64,000 bases of DNA from the NCBI GenBank assembly GCA_965205335.1, contig OZ242164.1, positions 768,001 through 832,000 on the forward strand, in the 5' to 3' direction. How positions within the stretch are numbered: the stretch's first letter is position 1; the number at the start of each line of letters is the position of its first letter. Shown here piece by piece: positions 48,975 through 59,569 of the stretch. The DNA is from Candidatus Woesearchaeota archaeon. Its GTDB lineage: Archaea; Nanobdellota; Nanobdellia; Woesearchaeales; UBA583. The position numbers and the translations under genes were made by a program. Below the pieces are notes generated by a model that saw only the letters and a list, made by a program, of their open reading frames with translations, was not told the origin of the DNA and did no database searches.

Positions 48975-49915
48975 TTTAACATCTTCCTAACTTCTTTCTC
49001 ATTTTCTAATATCTTTTTAACTCCTTTCTCAAAATTTCTTGGTTTAAACTCTGGAAGAATTTTCTTCAACTTTCTTATATCTGTTCTCTTCTCAAAAGTT
49101 CCATCTGGTTTTGACTTATCCCAAATTATCTTTCCTTTAAAATTTGTAATACTTTTCATAATATTCACATATTCCTTTATAGAATAATCAAAGCCAGTAC
49201 CAACATTTATAATTTCACTTGAATCATAATTCTTCATTAAATAAATAAGAGCATTAGCACAATCATCATTAAACAAAGCTTCTCTTCTTGGTTTTCCTGA
49301 ACCCCAGAATATAATTTCTTTTAAATTTTTTTTTTTTGCCAATACAAATTTTTTAATTAAAGATGCTAAAAAATGCCCATTTTCCAAATCATAATTATCA
49401 CTAATCCCATACATATTTGTAGGCATAATGCAAATAGAATTTATATTATATTGCTCTCTATATTTTTGACAAGCAATTATTCCTGTTATTTTTGAAATAG
49501 AATAACCAATATTTGTCTCTTCAAGTTTCCCACACAAAAATCTACTCTCATTTATAGGTTGTGGGTTTTCTTTTGGATAAATGCATGTTGAACCAGTATA
49601 TAATATCTTTGATTTTTTTGAAAAGTTTTTAACGGCATCTAACAAATTTAAAATCATCATTGTGTTTTCGTACAAGAAATCTGCCTGATGACTTTTATTG
49701 CCTAAAATTCCTCCAACTAAACCTGCCACCGTAAATATAAATTGTGGTTTCTCCCTTTTAATATAATTTTCAACTTTCTTTTTATCAAGCAAATTCAGTT
49801 CTTTAGAAGAAGGAGTTAAGATATTTTTGAACTTTTGTTCTCTTAATAATTTTACAACAGAACTTCCTAAAAGCCCACTTCCTCCTAAAACTAAGATTTT
49901 TGAATTTTTTTTCAC
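48971..49915 (-). CDS. fcl: GDP-L-fucose synthase
   Basis: GGSGLLGS, VGGI, GSTCIYPK, YSISK, PTNMYG..DN and WGSG.PRRE motifs. Confidence 0.93.
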   Translation of the reverse strand: MKKNSKILVLGGSGLLGSSVVKLLREQKFKNILTPSSKELNLLDKKKVENYIKREKPQFIFTVAGLVGGILGNKSHQADFLYENTMMILNLLDAVKNFSKKSKILYTGSTCIYPKENPQPINESRFLCGKLEETNIGYSISKITGIIACQKYREQYNINSICIMPTNMYGISDNYDLENGHFLASLIKKFVLAKKKNLKEIIFWGSGKPRREALFNDDCANALIYLMKNYDSSEIINVGTGFDYSIKEYVNIMKSITNFKGKIIWDKSKPDGTFEKRTDIRKLKKILPEFKPRNFEKGVKKILENEKEVRKMLK

Positions 49916-49916
49916 T

Positions 49917-50975
49917 TTAAAACAAAAACTCTCCCTTATTTTCTTTCATTAATTTATAATCAGCTTTTACCATTATCTTAACCAAATTCTTAAATTTTGT
50001 CTTTGCTTCCCAGCCTAAATCTTTTTTAGCGAGAGTAGGATCTCCTAAAAGAAAATCTACTTCTGTTGGTCTAAAATATTTTGGATTAACCTTTACAATA
50101 GTTTTTTTTGATTTCTTATCTATACCAGTCTCATTAATCCCTTTTCCTCTCCACTCTAAATCAAAACCAAGTTCCTTTGCACAAAGTTCAACAAACTCTC
50201 TAACACTATGAGTCTCTCCAGTTGCTATAACATAATCTTTTGGTTTTTTGGATTGAAGTATTAACCACATTGCTTCAACATAATCTTTTGCATATCCCCA
50301 ATCTCTTTTTGAATCTAAATTTCCAAGTTCTAAAACTTTTTGATAACCTAATTTAATTCTTGATAATCCAAGTGTGATTTTCCGAGAAACAAAATTAAAT
50401 CCTCTCCTCTCACTTTCATGATTAAATAATATTCCATTGCAGGCAAAAATATTATATGCTTCTCTGTAATTCTTTATTATCCAGAAACCATACAATTTGG
50501 CAACACCATAAGGACTTCTTGGATAAAAAGGAGTATTTTCATTTTGCGGAGTTTCAAGGACCTTTCCATAAAGTTCAGAACTTGATGCTTGATAAAATTT
50601 TGTTTTCTTAGAGAGCCCTAATTCTCTTATAGTTTCAATAATTTTTAAAGTTCCAATAGCATCAATATTTGCAGTGATTTCAGGAATTTCAAAAGAAATT
50701 TTAACATGACTTTGCGCGGCTAAATTATATATCTCATCAGGTTTTATCCTTTTTATTAAACTTATCAAACTAGTTGTATCTGTCATATCTCCATAATGCA
50801 GAAACAATCTTTTATCCATTATATTTTTATTTTTATATAAATGATTTATTCTCCATGTGTTTATTGAACTTGACCTTCTAATCATGCCATGAACTTCATA
50901 ATCCTTATTAAGTAAAAATTCTGCAAGATAACTTCCATCCTGCCCAGTAATCCCTGTAATAAGTGCCTTTTTCAT
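49917..50975 (-). CDS. gmd: GDP-mannose 4,6-dehydratase
   Basis: [29 protein letters not shown] and LFNHES motifs. Confidence 0.97.
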   Translation of the reverse strand: MKKALITGITGQDGSYLAEFLLNKDYEVHGMIRRSSSINTWRINHLYKNKNIMDKRLFLHYGDMTDTTSLISLIKRIKPDEIYNLAAQSHVKISFEIPEITANIDAIGTLKIIETIRELGLSKKTKFYQASSSELYGKVLETPQNENTPFYPRSPYGVAKLYGFWIIKNYREAYNIFACNGILFNHESERRGFNFVSRKITLGLSRIKLGYQKVLELGNLDSKRDWGYAKDYVEAMWLILQSKKPKDYVIATGETHSVREFVELCAKELGFDLEWRGKGINETGIDKKSKKTIVKVNPKYFRPTEVDFLLGDPTLAKKDLGWEAKTKFKNLVKIMVKADYKLMKENKGEFLF

Positions 50976-51075
50976 ATTATGAATATTATTAATTCATTTA
51001 ATTAATTTTTGTTTTTGAAGCACCTCTTACATTCTTTTGATTAATAGCATTTATTTTTTAATAATCTCAATTTGT

Positions 51076-51837
51076 TTATTTCTTGCAACATATCTTAATC
51101 AATAAATTATGTAACCATTTAATTCTTCTTATGTATCTGAAAATAAAGTTATACAATTTGCTTTTATAAAAAATGTTTTGAAACCTTGACACTATTATAT
51201 AAAAATATAACTTTTTCTTAAAGAATCTACTTCTTTGGTTTATAAAAATTTTATCAAAATAGTTTTGCTTTAATAATATAAAATTATTTTGCTTTAATAT
51301 ATTATCAACTTTTTTCAAATTATTATTATCTTCTACACTTATAACATCAATGAATGTTTTTTGAAAATTAATATCTTTTAAAATATCCTCTTCTCTTCCT
51401 TCAATATCTAATGATAAATAATTTATTCTTCTAATCTTCCTTTCTTTTAAAAATGTAGAAATTGCTATAGTAGATATATCTATCTCTTTAACTTTATTCT
51501 GTTTTTTCAACTTCTTTCTCTCTATATTGGAGAACGAAGAATAAATTCCACTAAGCATTGGAGCATCTTCAATCAATAAAAATTTTTCCTTTCCTCTTTT
51601 GTTTGAAATTCCATAGTTCAAGCAAATTGTTTTCCTTTTAGACTTTAATTTCTTAAAATATTTGGGTATAGGTTCAAAACACCATCCTCTCCATTTTAGC
51701 TGTTTCTCAAAGAAATAAGTATTAGATAAGGTAATTCCATCAAAAGCTCCTAAATCTAAGAAAACTCCATTTCTAAAATCCTTAAAAACTTTTTTGTGTA
51801 GAAATTTATCTTGTCCAACTTGACTATAATATTTCAT
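51076..51837 (-). CDS. FkbM-family methyltransferase
   Basis: YSQVGQD, DLGAFDG..SNT and SLDIEGRE motifs. Confidence 0.88.
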   Translation of the reverse strand: MKYYSQVGQDKFLHKKVFKDFRNGVFLDLGAFDGITLSNTYFFEKQLKWRGWCFEPIPKYFKKLKSKRKTICLNYGISNKRGKEKFLLIEDAPMLSGIYSSFSNIERKKLKKQNKVKEIDISTIAISTFLKERKIRRINYLSLDIEGREEDILKDINFQKTFIDVISVEDNNNLKKVDNILKQNNFILLKQNYFDKIFINQRSRFFKKKLYFYIIVSRFQNIFYKSKLYNFIFRYIRRIKWLHNLLIKICCKK

Positions 51838-51884
51838 AATATCTAATTACAACAAGAATTGTTATATAAATTTTGTGAAAATTT

Positions 51885-52914
51885 GGCTCTGTCCGAAAAT
51901 TAATTTTTTTAAGGAAGAAGAGATGAAAACACTATTTGATACTAAAACATTATTATTTTTCTTTTGAAAATTATCCAATTTTCATAGAAGAAAATTACAT
52001 AAGAAAGTTTTTTTCTTATGTTATACCACAGAATATTCCATGCTATTTCTCTTTTTTTCATAAAATGTGTCCTACTTCTGATATTTAGTCCTTGAACTCT
52101 CTTCAGGGATGAAAACACACTCTCCACATTGTTCCTTTTATTGTATAATTCTTTATTTTTGTGATATTTTTGTTTGATTTTACAATGCTTAACGATATTA
52201 TGTTTAGTTTTTCCATAATTTTTTGGCGGGAAAATCAAATCTATATCTTTTTCTTTGAGATTTTCTAAATGATCAAAGGAAAAGTATCCTTTATCTGCGA
52301 CAAGGACACTTTTCCTGACTTTTAATCTTTTGAAAAGTTTGTTTGCAACTTTTGAATCATGCTGATTCTTAACCAAGAAAGAAAAGTCTATTATTTGTTT
52401 AGAGCCTTGCACATCACAAATTATGTCTAATTTATGCCAAGGAGATTTGGGTTCAAATCGTATTCTATGTTTGTAATAAGTAGTTTTATGGTCTGCATCA
52501 ATTCCCGAACCATCAATTGCTACAAGTTCTGGGTTGGAATTCTCTAAAGAAAATCTAATCAAATCTCGGATAAAAGAAACTGAGAAGGACTTTAACCAAT
52601 CATGGAGAGTTGATTTTCCTGGAATATGTTTTAGTTGCAACCAATGTTTCCAAGCAGTTAAAACGCCGTCTAAATTGCTTACGAACCTTCTAAGAGATTT
52701 TCCTGATTGGATATATAAGACTATTATAGCAACTCTTTGATAATTATTAAAGAGTTTGCAACCCCTCACAAAATTGTGAGGCCTTAACCTTAAACTATGA
52801 CAAAGTTTAAGTATTTCTTTATGTAAACTATTAGTAAAGTTGGTTGTCTTTAGCATAAAAAACTACCAACTTTACACTTTATTAATTCTTTGATTTGAAT
52901 TTTCGGACAGAGCC
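51885..52914 (-). mobile_element. Complete 1030-bp IS5-family insertion sequence (ISH1-like group by size and TSD)
   Basis: Perfect 17-bp TIRs GGCTCTGTCCGAAAATT; 8-bp TSD GAAAATTT at 51877-51884 and 52915-52922. Confidence 0.93.
51942..52856 (-). CDS. IS5-family DDE transposase
   Basis: AIDGSG, HDS, ADKGY and YNKRNNVESVFSSLKR motifs. Confidence 0.93.
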   Translation of the reverse strand: MLKTTNFTNSLHKEILKLCHSLRLRPHNFVRGCKLFNNYQRVAIIVLYIQSGKSLRRFVSNLDGVLTAWKHWLQLKHIPGKSTLHDWLKSFSVSFIRDLIRFSLENSNPELVAIDGSGIDADHKTTYYKHRIRFEPKSPWHKLDIICDVQGSKQIIDFSFLVKNQHDSKVANKLFKRLKVRKSVLVADKGYFSFDHLENLKEKDIDLIFPPKNYGKTKHNIVKHCKIKQKYHKNKELYNKRNNVESVFSSLKRVQGLNIRSRTHFMKKREIAWNILWYNIRKKLSYVIFFYENWIIFKRKIIMF

Positions 52915-53033
52915 GAAAATTTACTGTTCATTTTATTGAGTAAGATTTATAAATATAAGAGAGAGTTATTTTTAATGCTTTTCTTAGACACCATTTCCAA
53001 AAGATTTGATTTAATTGAGTGAAATTTCAAAAA

Positions 53034-53795
53034 ATGAAAAAAAATAAAAGAATAGTAGTTACGGTAAGTGGATACTTTGACCCTCTTCATATAGGACATT
53101 TAGAATATTTGGAAAAAGCGAAGCAATTAGGGACTTATCTTGTTGTCATTTTAAACAATAATCACCAAGCAAGACTTAAAAAAGGTAAAGAATTTATGGA
53201 TGAATTAGAAAGAAAGAAGATATTGGAGTCAGTTATTTACGTTGATGAGGTATTTATAAGCATTGATAAAGACAGAACAGTATGCGAATCTCTAAGAGCA
53301 GTAAAACCACAAATTTTTGCAAACGGAGGAGACAGGAACAATCAGGAAATACCCGAAAGTGCTGTTTGCAGAGAATATGGGATTGAACTTGTAGATGGTC
53401 TCGGCACTAAAATCCAGTCATCTTCCAACCTTATAGGTTCTGCGAGATATTTGGAAATTGGAAATAGACCATGGGGTTCCTATTTTGTGCTTGAGCAGAG
53501 AGAAGGTTACAAAGTCAAGCGTTTACTTATTCATCCAAAGGGAAGACTATCCTTGCAGTCACACAAAAAAAGAGAAGAACATTGGGTAGTCACGAATGGA
53601 ACTGCAAAAATAACATTAGATGATAAAAAATTAGAATTAAAAAAAGGAGAAAGTATAACTATTCCAAAGCAATCAAAACATAGAATTGAAAACGAAGGAG
53701 ATTCTCTTCTTGAAATAATAGAAGTGCAGATAGGAGAGTATTTAGGAGAGGATGATATTACTCGTTATGAAGATTTTTACGGAAGAGTGAAATAA
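53034..53795 (+). CDS. Fusion of an HxGH cytidylyltransferase-like domain and a cupin (mannose-6-phosphate isomerase type II C-terminal-like) domain
   Basis: SGYFDPLHIGH and NGGDR, then RPWG, LSLQSH..REEHW and EVQIG.YLGEDDI.R. Confidence 0.88.
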   Translation: MKKNKRIVVTVSGYFDPLHIGHLEYLEKAKQLGTYLVVILNNNHQARLKKGKEFMDELERKKILESVIYVDEVFISIDKDRTVCESLRAVKPQIFANGGDRNNQEIPESAVCREYGIELVDGLGTKIQSSSNLIGSARYLEIGNRPWGSYFVLEQREGYKVKRLLIHPKGRLSLQSHKKREEHWVVTNGTAKITLDDKKLELKKGESITIPKQSKHRIENEGDSLLEIIEVQIGEYLGEDDITRYEDFYGRVK

Positions 53796-53925
53796 GTATT
53801 AATTACTAGGAGTTAAGATAGTTATTAATTACATAGAAAACTTAGATTAAATATGTATGATTTTTATATGACACACTTTCTTATAACAAAATTTATAAAC
53901 ATCTTAAAACTTGATTTCTATATAA

Positions 53926-56900
53926 ATGACTAAAAGCAATGTTTCAAAGAAAAAACTAACTTCTAATGAGAATGCTTCCAAAGTAGAATTTAGAACCATA
54001 AATACCAACATTCTCAAAAAATTACTACCTGTTATTTTAATCTTAGTAGTTATGAGTGTGGGATTTTTTGTAAGATCAGGACCAGTCAGTTTGGATGGAC
54101 TTGAAGAGAGAGTTGAAGCAAGTGTACACCTGCAAATTCAGAACATAATCAGTTCACAAATTGAAGCAAATTATCCGAACCTAAATGACATAAACAGGCA
54201 AGAATTAGTAAATAAGGAACTTCAAAAAGTAATTGAAACAGGCGATTTAAGTATAATTGGAGAAAGTGCAAATTTGAATGAAATTGTCAGAACTCAGAGC
54301 GAAAATATCAAAGAATTATTTAAAGCAGACAATGGGCAGACATACTTAAATGCAATTGATCCTTACTTTTTTTTAGGTTTAAGTGAAAATTACTTAGAAA
54401 ATGGACATACTGGAACATCACTTAAAAATATTAATGGAAAAGAGGTACCCTGGGTTGATCTCAGATTAGCTCCAGTAGGTGGTAGTGGAACTTATGAACC
54501 AGAGTTTCACATATGGCTTGAAAGTAATCTATTTAAATTAAGCGGAGTGGATGAAAACTCAGATATTGGAGAAAAAACCAGAGTTATTTTTCTACTTTCA
54601 GTAATTCTTGCAATTTTATGTTCAATCCCTGTGTTTTTAATTATAAGACAGTACTCAAATGATTTAATTGCATTTCTTGGTTCACTGCTCTTAGTTTCAA
54701 TAGGAACATTTGTATCAAGAACCATTGCTGGATTTGTAGATACGGACGCATATAATATCTTATTTCCTCTAATAATTGTTACTTTCTTAGTATATGCACT
54801 TGCTATAAAGGATTTCAGATGGAGAATATTTTTGGGATGTCTTGCTGGGCTTTCCCAAGCTATATTTTTATGGGCATGGGGAAGTGGTTGGTTTATATTT
54901 TTGTTCACATCAATTTCCTTGATTGGATACTTGATTTACCTAGTCATATTAGGATTTTTAGATGCAAAAGAATCTCCCAAAGCCAAAGATACAATGCATT
55001 TTAAAAGCATTATCACAAGAGAAAATCCAATTAATAATGTAGTAATCACATTAATTGGATTCTTAATTTCTTCTGCAATATTTAATTATCTAATAAATTC
55101 AGCGAACATTTTCAAATTAACATTCAATGGTTTGTTCGGATCTCTGTCAGGACTTGCATCAATTTCCCAATCCAATATCTGGCCAAATGTTTTCTCCTCA
55201 GTTGCAGAATTAAATCCCGCATCATTTGATTCAATAATTAGTTCTGTTGGAGGAAAAATCGTTTTTCTAATTGCAATGATGGGACTTGTAATGCTATCTA
55301 TTGATTTCAAATCCAAAACATCTAAACATATCATTGCAAGAAGAATCCTTTTACTATTTTCAGTTATATGGTTCTCCTTTATAATATGGGGTAACTTTTT
55401 AGAATCTTTTATCGCAAACACACCTTATATATTTTTAATATTATTAATGCTTCCAGTTGGAGTTGGGTTATTATTAAGTCTTCTTAACTCAAATAATTCA
55501 AATAAAATTTTCCTTACAATGTTACTATCAATTTGGGTTGCAGGAACAATCTTTATGAGTTTAAATGGAGTTAGATTTATCTTATTATTAGCCCCCACAT
55601 TTGCAATCTCATTTGCTATGGGACTTTATTATATTGCTACATATATTAATAAATTTATTGCAGGTGAAACAAGTATTAAAGGTAATTTGGGTAAGATTAT
55701 CCCTGGATATGTAATTATTTTAGTCATATTCTTAGTTATCTTTGTACCTATCTTTCAAAACGCTAATGCAATTTCAAAAGGAACAACCCCTAATTTTGAT
55801 GATGCATGGTATGGTGCAATGTACAAAGTAAGGGACAATTCAAGTGAAGATGCAATAATTACGTCTTGGTGGGATTTTGGACATTTCTTTGTAGCAATTG
55901 GTGAGAGAGGAGTTACATTTGATGGAGCATCACAAACAACCCCAAGATCTCATTGGGTTGGAAAATTACTTCTTGAATCAGATGAGCAGAAATCACATGA
56001 CATTTTAAGAATGCTTGTTTGTGGAGGAAATGAAGCCCATAATATTATGCTCAACATAACTAATGGTGATAATTCTGATGCGGTAAAAATAAATAAAATT
56101 ATCTATTCAACTCTTGGAGAGAATATTTCAAATACAAGAGTAATTATTGAAAACAATGAATATTATGATTTCACTCAAAGTCAGATTGATGAAATTATGA
56201 ATTTATTAGCATGTGATGTTCCTTCTCAAAACTTCCTTATCACATCTGGAGATATGGTTGGCAAGGCAGGAGTGTGGGCTCATTGGGGAAGTTGGGATTT
56301 TACAAAAAAATATGTTCATGACAATTACAAATTAAAATCAGCACAAGAAATTGCCAATTTAATTGATGAAGATTTAACTCTTATTGACAAACACATTAAT
56401 GAATTAAAAGATATAGACATAAGAGCAACCACAGAGAATATAAAAAGAGAAGACTTGACAAATCAATGGTTTGCTCCATATCCTTCATATATTCCGCTTT
56501 CTGGAAGATATACTTATCCTTGCTCATTTGATAACGGTTCTTTGGTTTGTCAAAATGGCATAGAGATAGATTCAATTACAGGAAATATAACATCCCAGTT
56601 TAATGAACAGGTTAAATTCAAGAACTTAATCTTTCCGCAAGCGGATGGAAATCTTAGAATTGTAGAGCAAGATTCAGATGGTGATATTGATATTGTCTTA
56701 GTTCCAAGCTATAATGGATTTGAAGCTTTATTAGCTCAGAATCCGTTGGGTTCATCTCTATTTACAAAATTATATTATCTTGATGGTTATGGAACAAATT
56801 TATTTGAAAAATTTGATGACAAGCAATCTGCAACAGGCGTTAGAATTAAAACATGGGAAACGTTATGGAATAAAACAGAAACAGAGGAGAATTTAAACGA

Positions 56901-57009
56901 GATAGATTTAGATAATATTGAATTTGAAGTAAACACAGAAAATTTGACAAAAAATACTGATGAAGAACTGATGAAAGAATATAATGAATCTCTAAACTCA
57001 TCTAATTAA
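53926..57009 (+). CDS. aglB: Oligosaccharyltransferase AglB (STT3)
   Basis: IDPY, DTD, SVAEL and WWDFG motifs, many TMs and a large C-terminal domain; TTTATAAA at 53892-53899. Confidence 0.92.
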   Translation: MTKSNVSKKKLTSNENASKVEFRTINTNILKKLLPVILILVVMSVGFFVRSGPVSLDGLEERVEASVHLQIQNIISSQIEANYPNLNDINRQELVNKELQKVIETGDLSIIGESANLNEIVRTQSENIKELFKADNGQTYLNAIDPYFFLGLSENYLENGHTGTSLKNINGKEVPWVDLRLAPVGGSGTYEPEFHIWLESNLFKLSGVDENSDIGEKTRVIFLLSVILAILCSIPVFLIIRQYSNDLIAFLGSLLLVSIGTFVSRTIAGFVDTDAYNILFPLIIVTFLVYALAIKDFRWRIFLGCLAGLSQAIFLWAWGSGWFIFLFTSISLIGYLIYLVILGFLDAKESPKAKDTMHFKSIITRENPINNVVITLIGFLISSAIFNYLINSANIFKLTFNGLFGSLSGLASISQSNIWPNVFSSVAELNPASFDSIISSVGGKIVFLIAMMGLVMLSIDFKSKTSKHIIARRILLLFSVIWFSFIIWGNFLESFIANTPYIFLILLMLPVGVGLLLSLLNSNNSNKIFLTMLLSIWVAGTIFMSLNGVRFILLLAPTFAISFAMGLYYIATYINKFIAGETSIKGNLGKIIPGYVIILVIFLVIFVPIFQNANAISKGTTPNFDDAWYGAMYKVRDNSSEDAIITSWWDFGHFFVAIGERGVTFDGASQTTPRSHWVGKLLLESDEQKSHDILRMLVCGGNEAHNIMLNITNGDNSDAVKINKIIYSTLGENISNTRVIIENNEYYDFTQSQIDEIMNLLACDVPSQNFLITSGDMVGKAGVWAHWGSWDFTKKYVHDNYKLKSAQEIANLIDEDLTLIDKHINELKDIDIRATTENIKREDLTNQWFAPYPSYIPLSGRYTYPCSFDNGSLVCQNGIEIDSITGNITSQFNEQVKFKNLIFPQADGNLRIVEQDSDGDIDIVLVPSYNGFEALLAQNPLGSSLFTKLYYLDGYGTNLFEKFDDKQSATGVRIKTWETLWNKTETEENLNEIDLDNIEFEVNTENLTKNTDEELMKEYNESLNSSN

Positions 57010-57012
57010 TAT

Positions 57013-58365
57013 TTAAATCAATTCATTTAGAAAATCTAAAGTGATCTTTTCATATAGTTTCACATCCTCACTGGTTTTAGCCTCAAACCTTGTAGTTATC
57101 TTAGGAGAAGTATTAGACGCTCTGACAAGTCCCCAACCATTCTCGAACTCAACACGTGCTCCATCAATAGTTATTATATCCTTAATTCTAATTGGAAAAT
57201 TATTCTTAGCCTTTTCAATAAATGACTTAATCACTCCAAACTTTTTATTCTCTGCAATCTTAATTGTAATCTCCTCTGTTGAATGAACCTTAGGTATAAA
57301 CTCAAGTTCCTTCTTAAAATCAACTCCTTTATATACGAGTTCCAAAACTCTTAGAGTATTATAAAAACCATCATCATACCCAAAATACTTATCATTAAAA
57401 AACATATGCCCTGAAAGTTCAGTTGCAAAACTTGCATTAATTTCCTTAATTTTCATCTTCAAATTACTATGCCCTACCTTGCACATAACTGCTTTTCCAA
57501 TTTTATTAATCTCATCATACATAACATCTGAACACTTAACCTCTCCAATAACAGTTGGGTTATCCATATGCTTTGCAATAATTATCGCTAAAATATCGGG
57601 TTTAATTATAATCCCATCAATTAAAACATAGAACCTGTCACAATCCCCATCATATGCAAAACCTATATCAAAATCATCTTTCCTAAATTCCTCCTCAATG
57701 AACCTAAGATTCTCACGAACAAGAGGGTCAGGCTGGTGATTTGGAAATGTCCCATTCATCTCTTCAAATAAAATCTTAGCGTTTAAATTAAACATATCAG
57801 CCAAATTTCTTACATAAGGACCTCCCATTCCATTACCACAATCAAAAATCAATCTCTTATTCAGACCTTTCAAAAAACTAAACTCTTTCTCCAAAAACTC
57901 GATATACTTTAAATTAATATCTGACTCCATAAATTTATGATTATCCTGTATTTCCAAAGAACTGTTAATTACTTTCTTGCCTAACTCTTCAATATCCTTT
58001 CCAAAAAAAGGCTTATTATCAATTGTTATCTTAAATCCATTATCCTGAGGAGGATTATGAGATCCGGTAATCATGATAGATGAACCAATATTCACACCTT
58101 CATATTTCTGATACGTGGCATAATAAGCAGTTGGAGTTGCAACAAGTCCTAAATTAATAACTTTAAGCCCTGTCTTGTTTAAACCAGAAATAAGCCATTT
58201 AAACAATTGCTCAGAATGTGTTCTGCAGTCATATCCCACTGCAACAAGATTCCCCATTTTCTTAATCTCAAGCCCAGAATAATAACCAATATTCTTAACG
58301 GTTTTCTCATCCAAATCCGAAGGGAAAACTCCTCTTATATCATACTCTCTAAAAATATAACTCAT
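57013..58365 (-). CDS. Phosphomannomutase/phosphoglucomutase
   Basis: FREYDIRG, TGSHNP, DGDCDR, ELSGH and RASNT motifs. Confidence 0.94.
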   Translation of the reverse strand: MSYIFREYDIRGVFPSDLDEKTVKNIGYYSGLEIKKMGNLVAVGYDCRTHSEQLFKWLISGLNKTGLKVINLGLVATPTAYYATYQKYEGVNIGSSIMITGSHNPPQDNGFKITIDNKPFFGKDIEELGKKVINSSLEIQDNHKFMESDINLKYIEFLEKEFSFLKGLNKRLIFDCGNGMGGPYVRNLADMFNLNAKILFEEMNGTFPNHQPDPLVRENLRFIEEEFRKDDFDIGFAYDGDCDRFYVLIDGIIIKPDILAIIIAKHMDNPTVIGEVKCSDVMYDEINKIGKAVMCKVGHSNLKMKIKEINASFATELSGHMFFNDKYFGYDDGFYNTLRVLELVYKGVDFKKELEFIPKVHSTEEITIKIAENKKFGVIKSFIEKAKNNFPIRIKDIITIDGARVEFENGWGLVRASNTSPKITTRFEAKTSEDVKLYEKITLDFLNELI

Positions 58366-59198
58366 TTTTGTTCCTTTTCTCTTAAATCATAAAAATAATT
58401 AGTTGCTTCAACAAACCCATGTATTGAGCCGCAATCAAATCTCTTCCCTTCTAACTTATATGCAACAACCTTTCCTTTCTTTGCCTGTTCTAAAATTGCA
58501 TCAGTTAATTGAACTTCTCCTTTTGAATCAGGTTTTGTGTTCTTTAGAATTTCAAAGATGTCAGGCGTTAAAATATACCTGCCAATAATTCCAAGATTTG
58601 ATGGAGCACCCTCAGGAGAAGGTTTCTCAACCATATTATCTACTTTTGTAATACCATTCCCAACAGATTTACCAGAAACAATTCCATACTTAGATATTTC
58701 ATCAAAGGGAACTTCTTCAACCAAAACAACACTGCACTTATATCTCTTGTAAACATTTATCATCTCTTTTAAAGTGCAGTGAGTATTGTCTTTTCCAATG
58801 CACACATCATCCGATAAAATCACAGCAAAAGGTTCGTTGCCAACGAGGGTTTCTCCTTTTAAAACAGCATCTCCTAAACCTAACATTTGGTTTTGTCTTG
58901 TATATGAGAAAGTGCACTCCTCAACAATCCTTTTAATACCCTCTAAAAGACATTCCTTTGATGAACCGTTTAACTGACTTTCAAGTTCATAATTATTATC
59001 AAAGTGGTCCTCAATTGCCCTCTTACCCCTACCAGTAACAATTGCAATCTGACGAATATTAGCACACATTGCCTCCTCAACTCCATACTGAATTAAGGGC
59101 TTGTCTACTAATGGGAGCATCTCTTTTGGCATAGCCTTTGTTGCAGGGAGAAAACGAGTTCCATACCCTGCAGCAGGAAATAAACATTTCTTAATCAT
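58362..59198 (-). CDS. galU: UTP-glucose-1-phosphate uridylyltransferase
   Basis: PAAGYGTRFLPATKAMPKEMLP, GLGDA, VEKP and GEVQLTDA motifs. Confidence 0.95.
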   Translation of the reverse strand: MIKKCLFPAAGYGTRFLPATKAMPKEMLPLVDKPLIQYGVEEAMCANIRQIAIVTGRGKRAIEDHFDNNYELESQLNGSSKECLLEGIKRIVEECTFSYTRQNQMLGLGDAVLKGETLVGNEPFAVILSDDVCIGKDNTHCTLKEMINVYKRYKCSVVLVEEVPFDEISKYGIVSGKSVGNGITKVDNMVEKPSPEGAPSNLGIIGRYILTPDIFEILKNTKPDSKGEVQLTDAILEQAKKGKVVAYKLEGKRFDCGSIHGFVEATNYFYDLREKEQK

Positions 59199-59254
59199 TT
59201 TCTATCTTATGAAAACAAAAGATAAACTTTAATTTATAAATCTTTATGAATATT

Positions 59255-59290
59255 GGTTCTGTCCGGAAATTCAAATTTAAGAATTAATAA
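59255..59290. mobile_element. Orphan degenerate end of the IS5-family element
   Basis: GGTTCTGTCCGGAAATTCAAATTTAAGAATTAATAA versus the IS end GGCTCTGTCCGAAAATTCAAATCAAAGAATTAATAA. Confidence 0.8.
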
Positions 59291-59320
59291 CTTGAAACAA
59301 CAACTTTTAATTTTGAAACT

Positions 59321-59457
59321 TTTCCACATCATATACACTTGTAAACAAACCACAACGAATCATATCATTTTAGGTATTTTTTTGTTATTTCCACTGTATA
59401 CACTCATAAACAAACTATAACAAATTGTATCATTTTAGGAGTTTTTTCATCCTGAAA
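59321..59457. repeat. Degenerate tandem duplication with ~65-bp period
   Basis: TATACACT..TAAACAAAC.A.AAC.AAT..TATCATTTTAGG occurs at 59332 and 59397. Confidence 0.75.
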
Positions 59458-59525
59458 TCAATTTTTGATATTTTCTCCCTTGATTATCTTTAGAATTTTG
59501 ATGTTTATAAAGATATTTATTTGTG

Positions 59526-59569
59526 GGTTCTGTTAAGTTTTAGTCACCTACCCAAAAACAACCAGAACC
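59526..59569. mobile_element. 44-bp minimal IS6-like element (two ends only)
   Basis: GGTTCTGTTAAGTTTTAG...ACCAGAACC has the same end pairing as 26925-27133. Confidence 0.6.

Noticed and set aside
59521-59569. Start of the 216-aa ORF as a real N-terminus
   Set aside because: The first codons come from the mini IS element; the R-M-like sequence only begins at about 59570.
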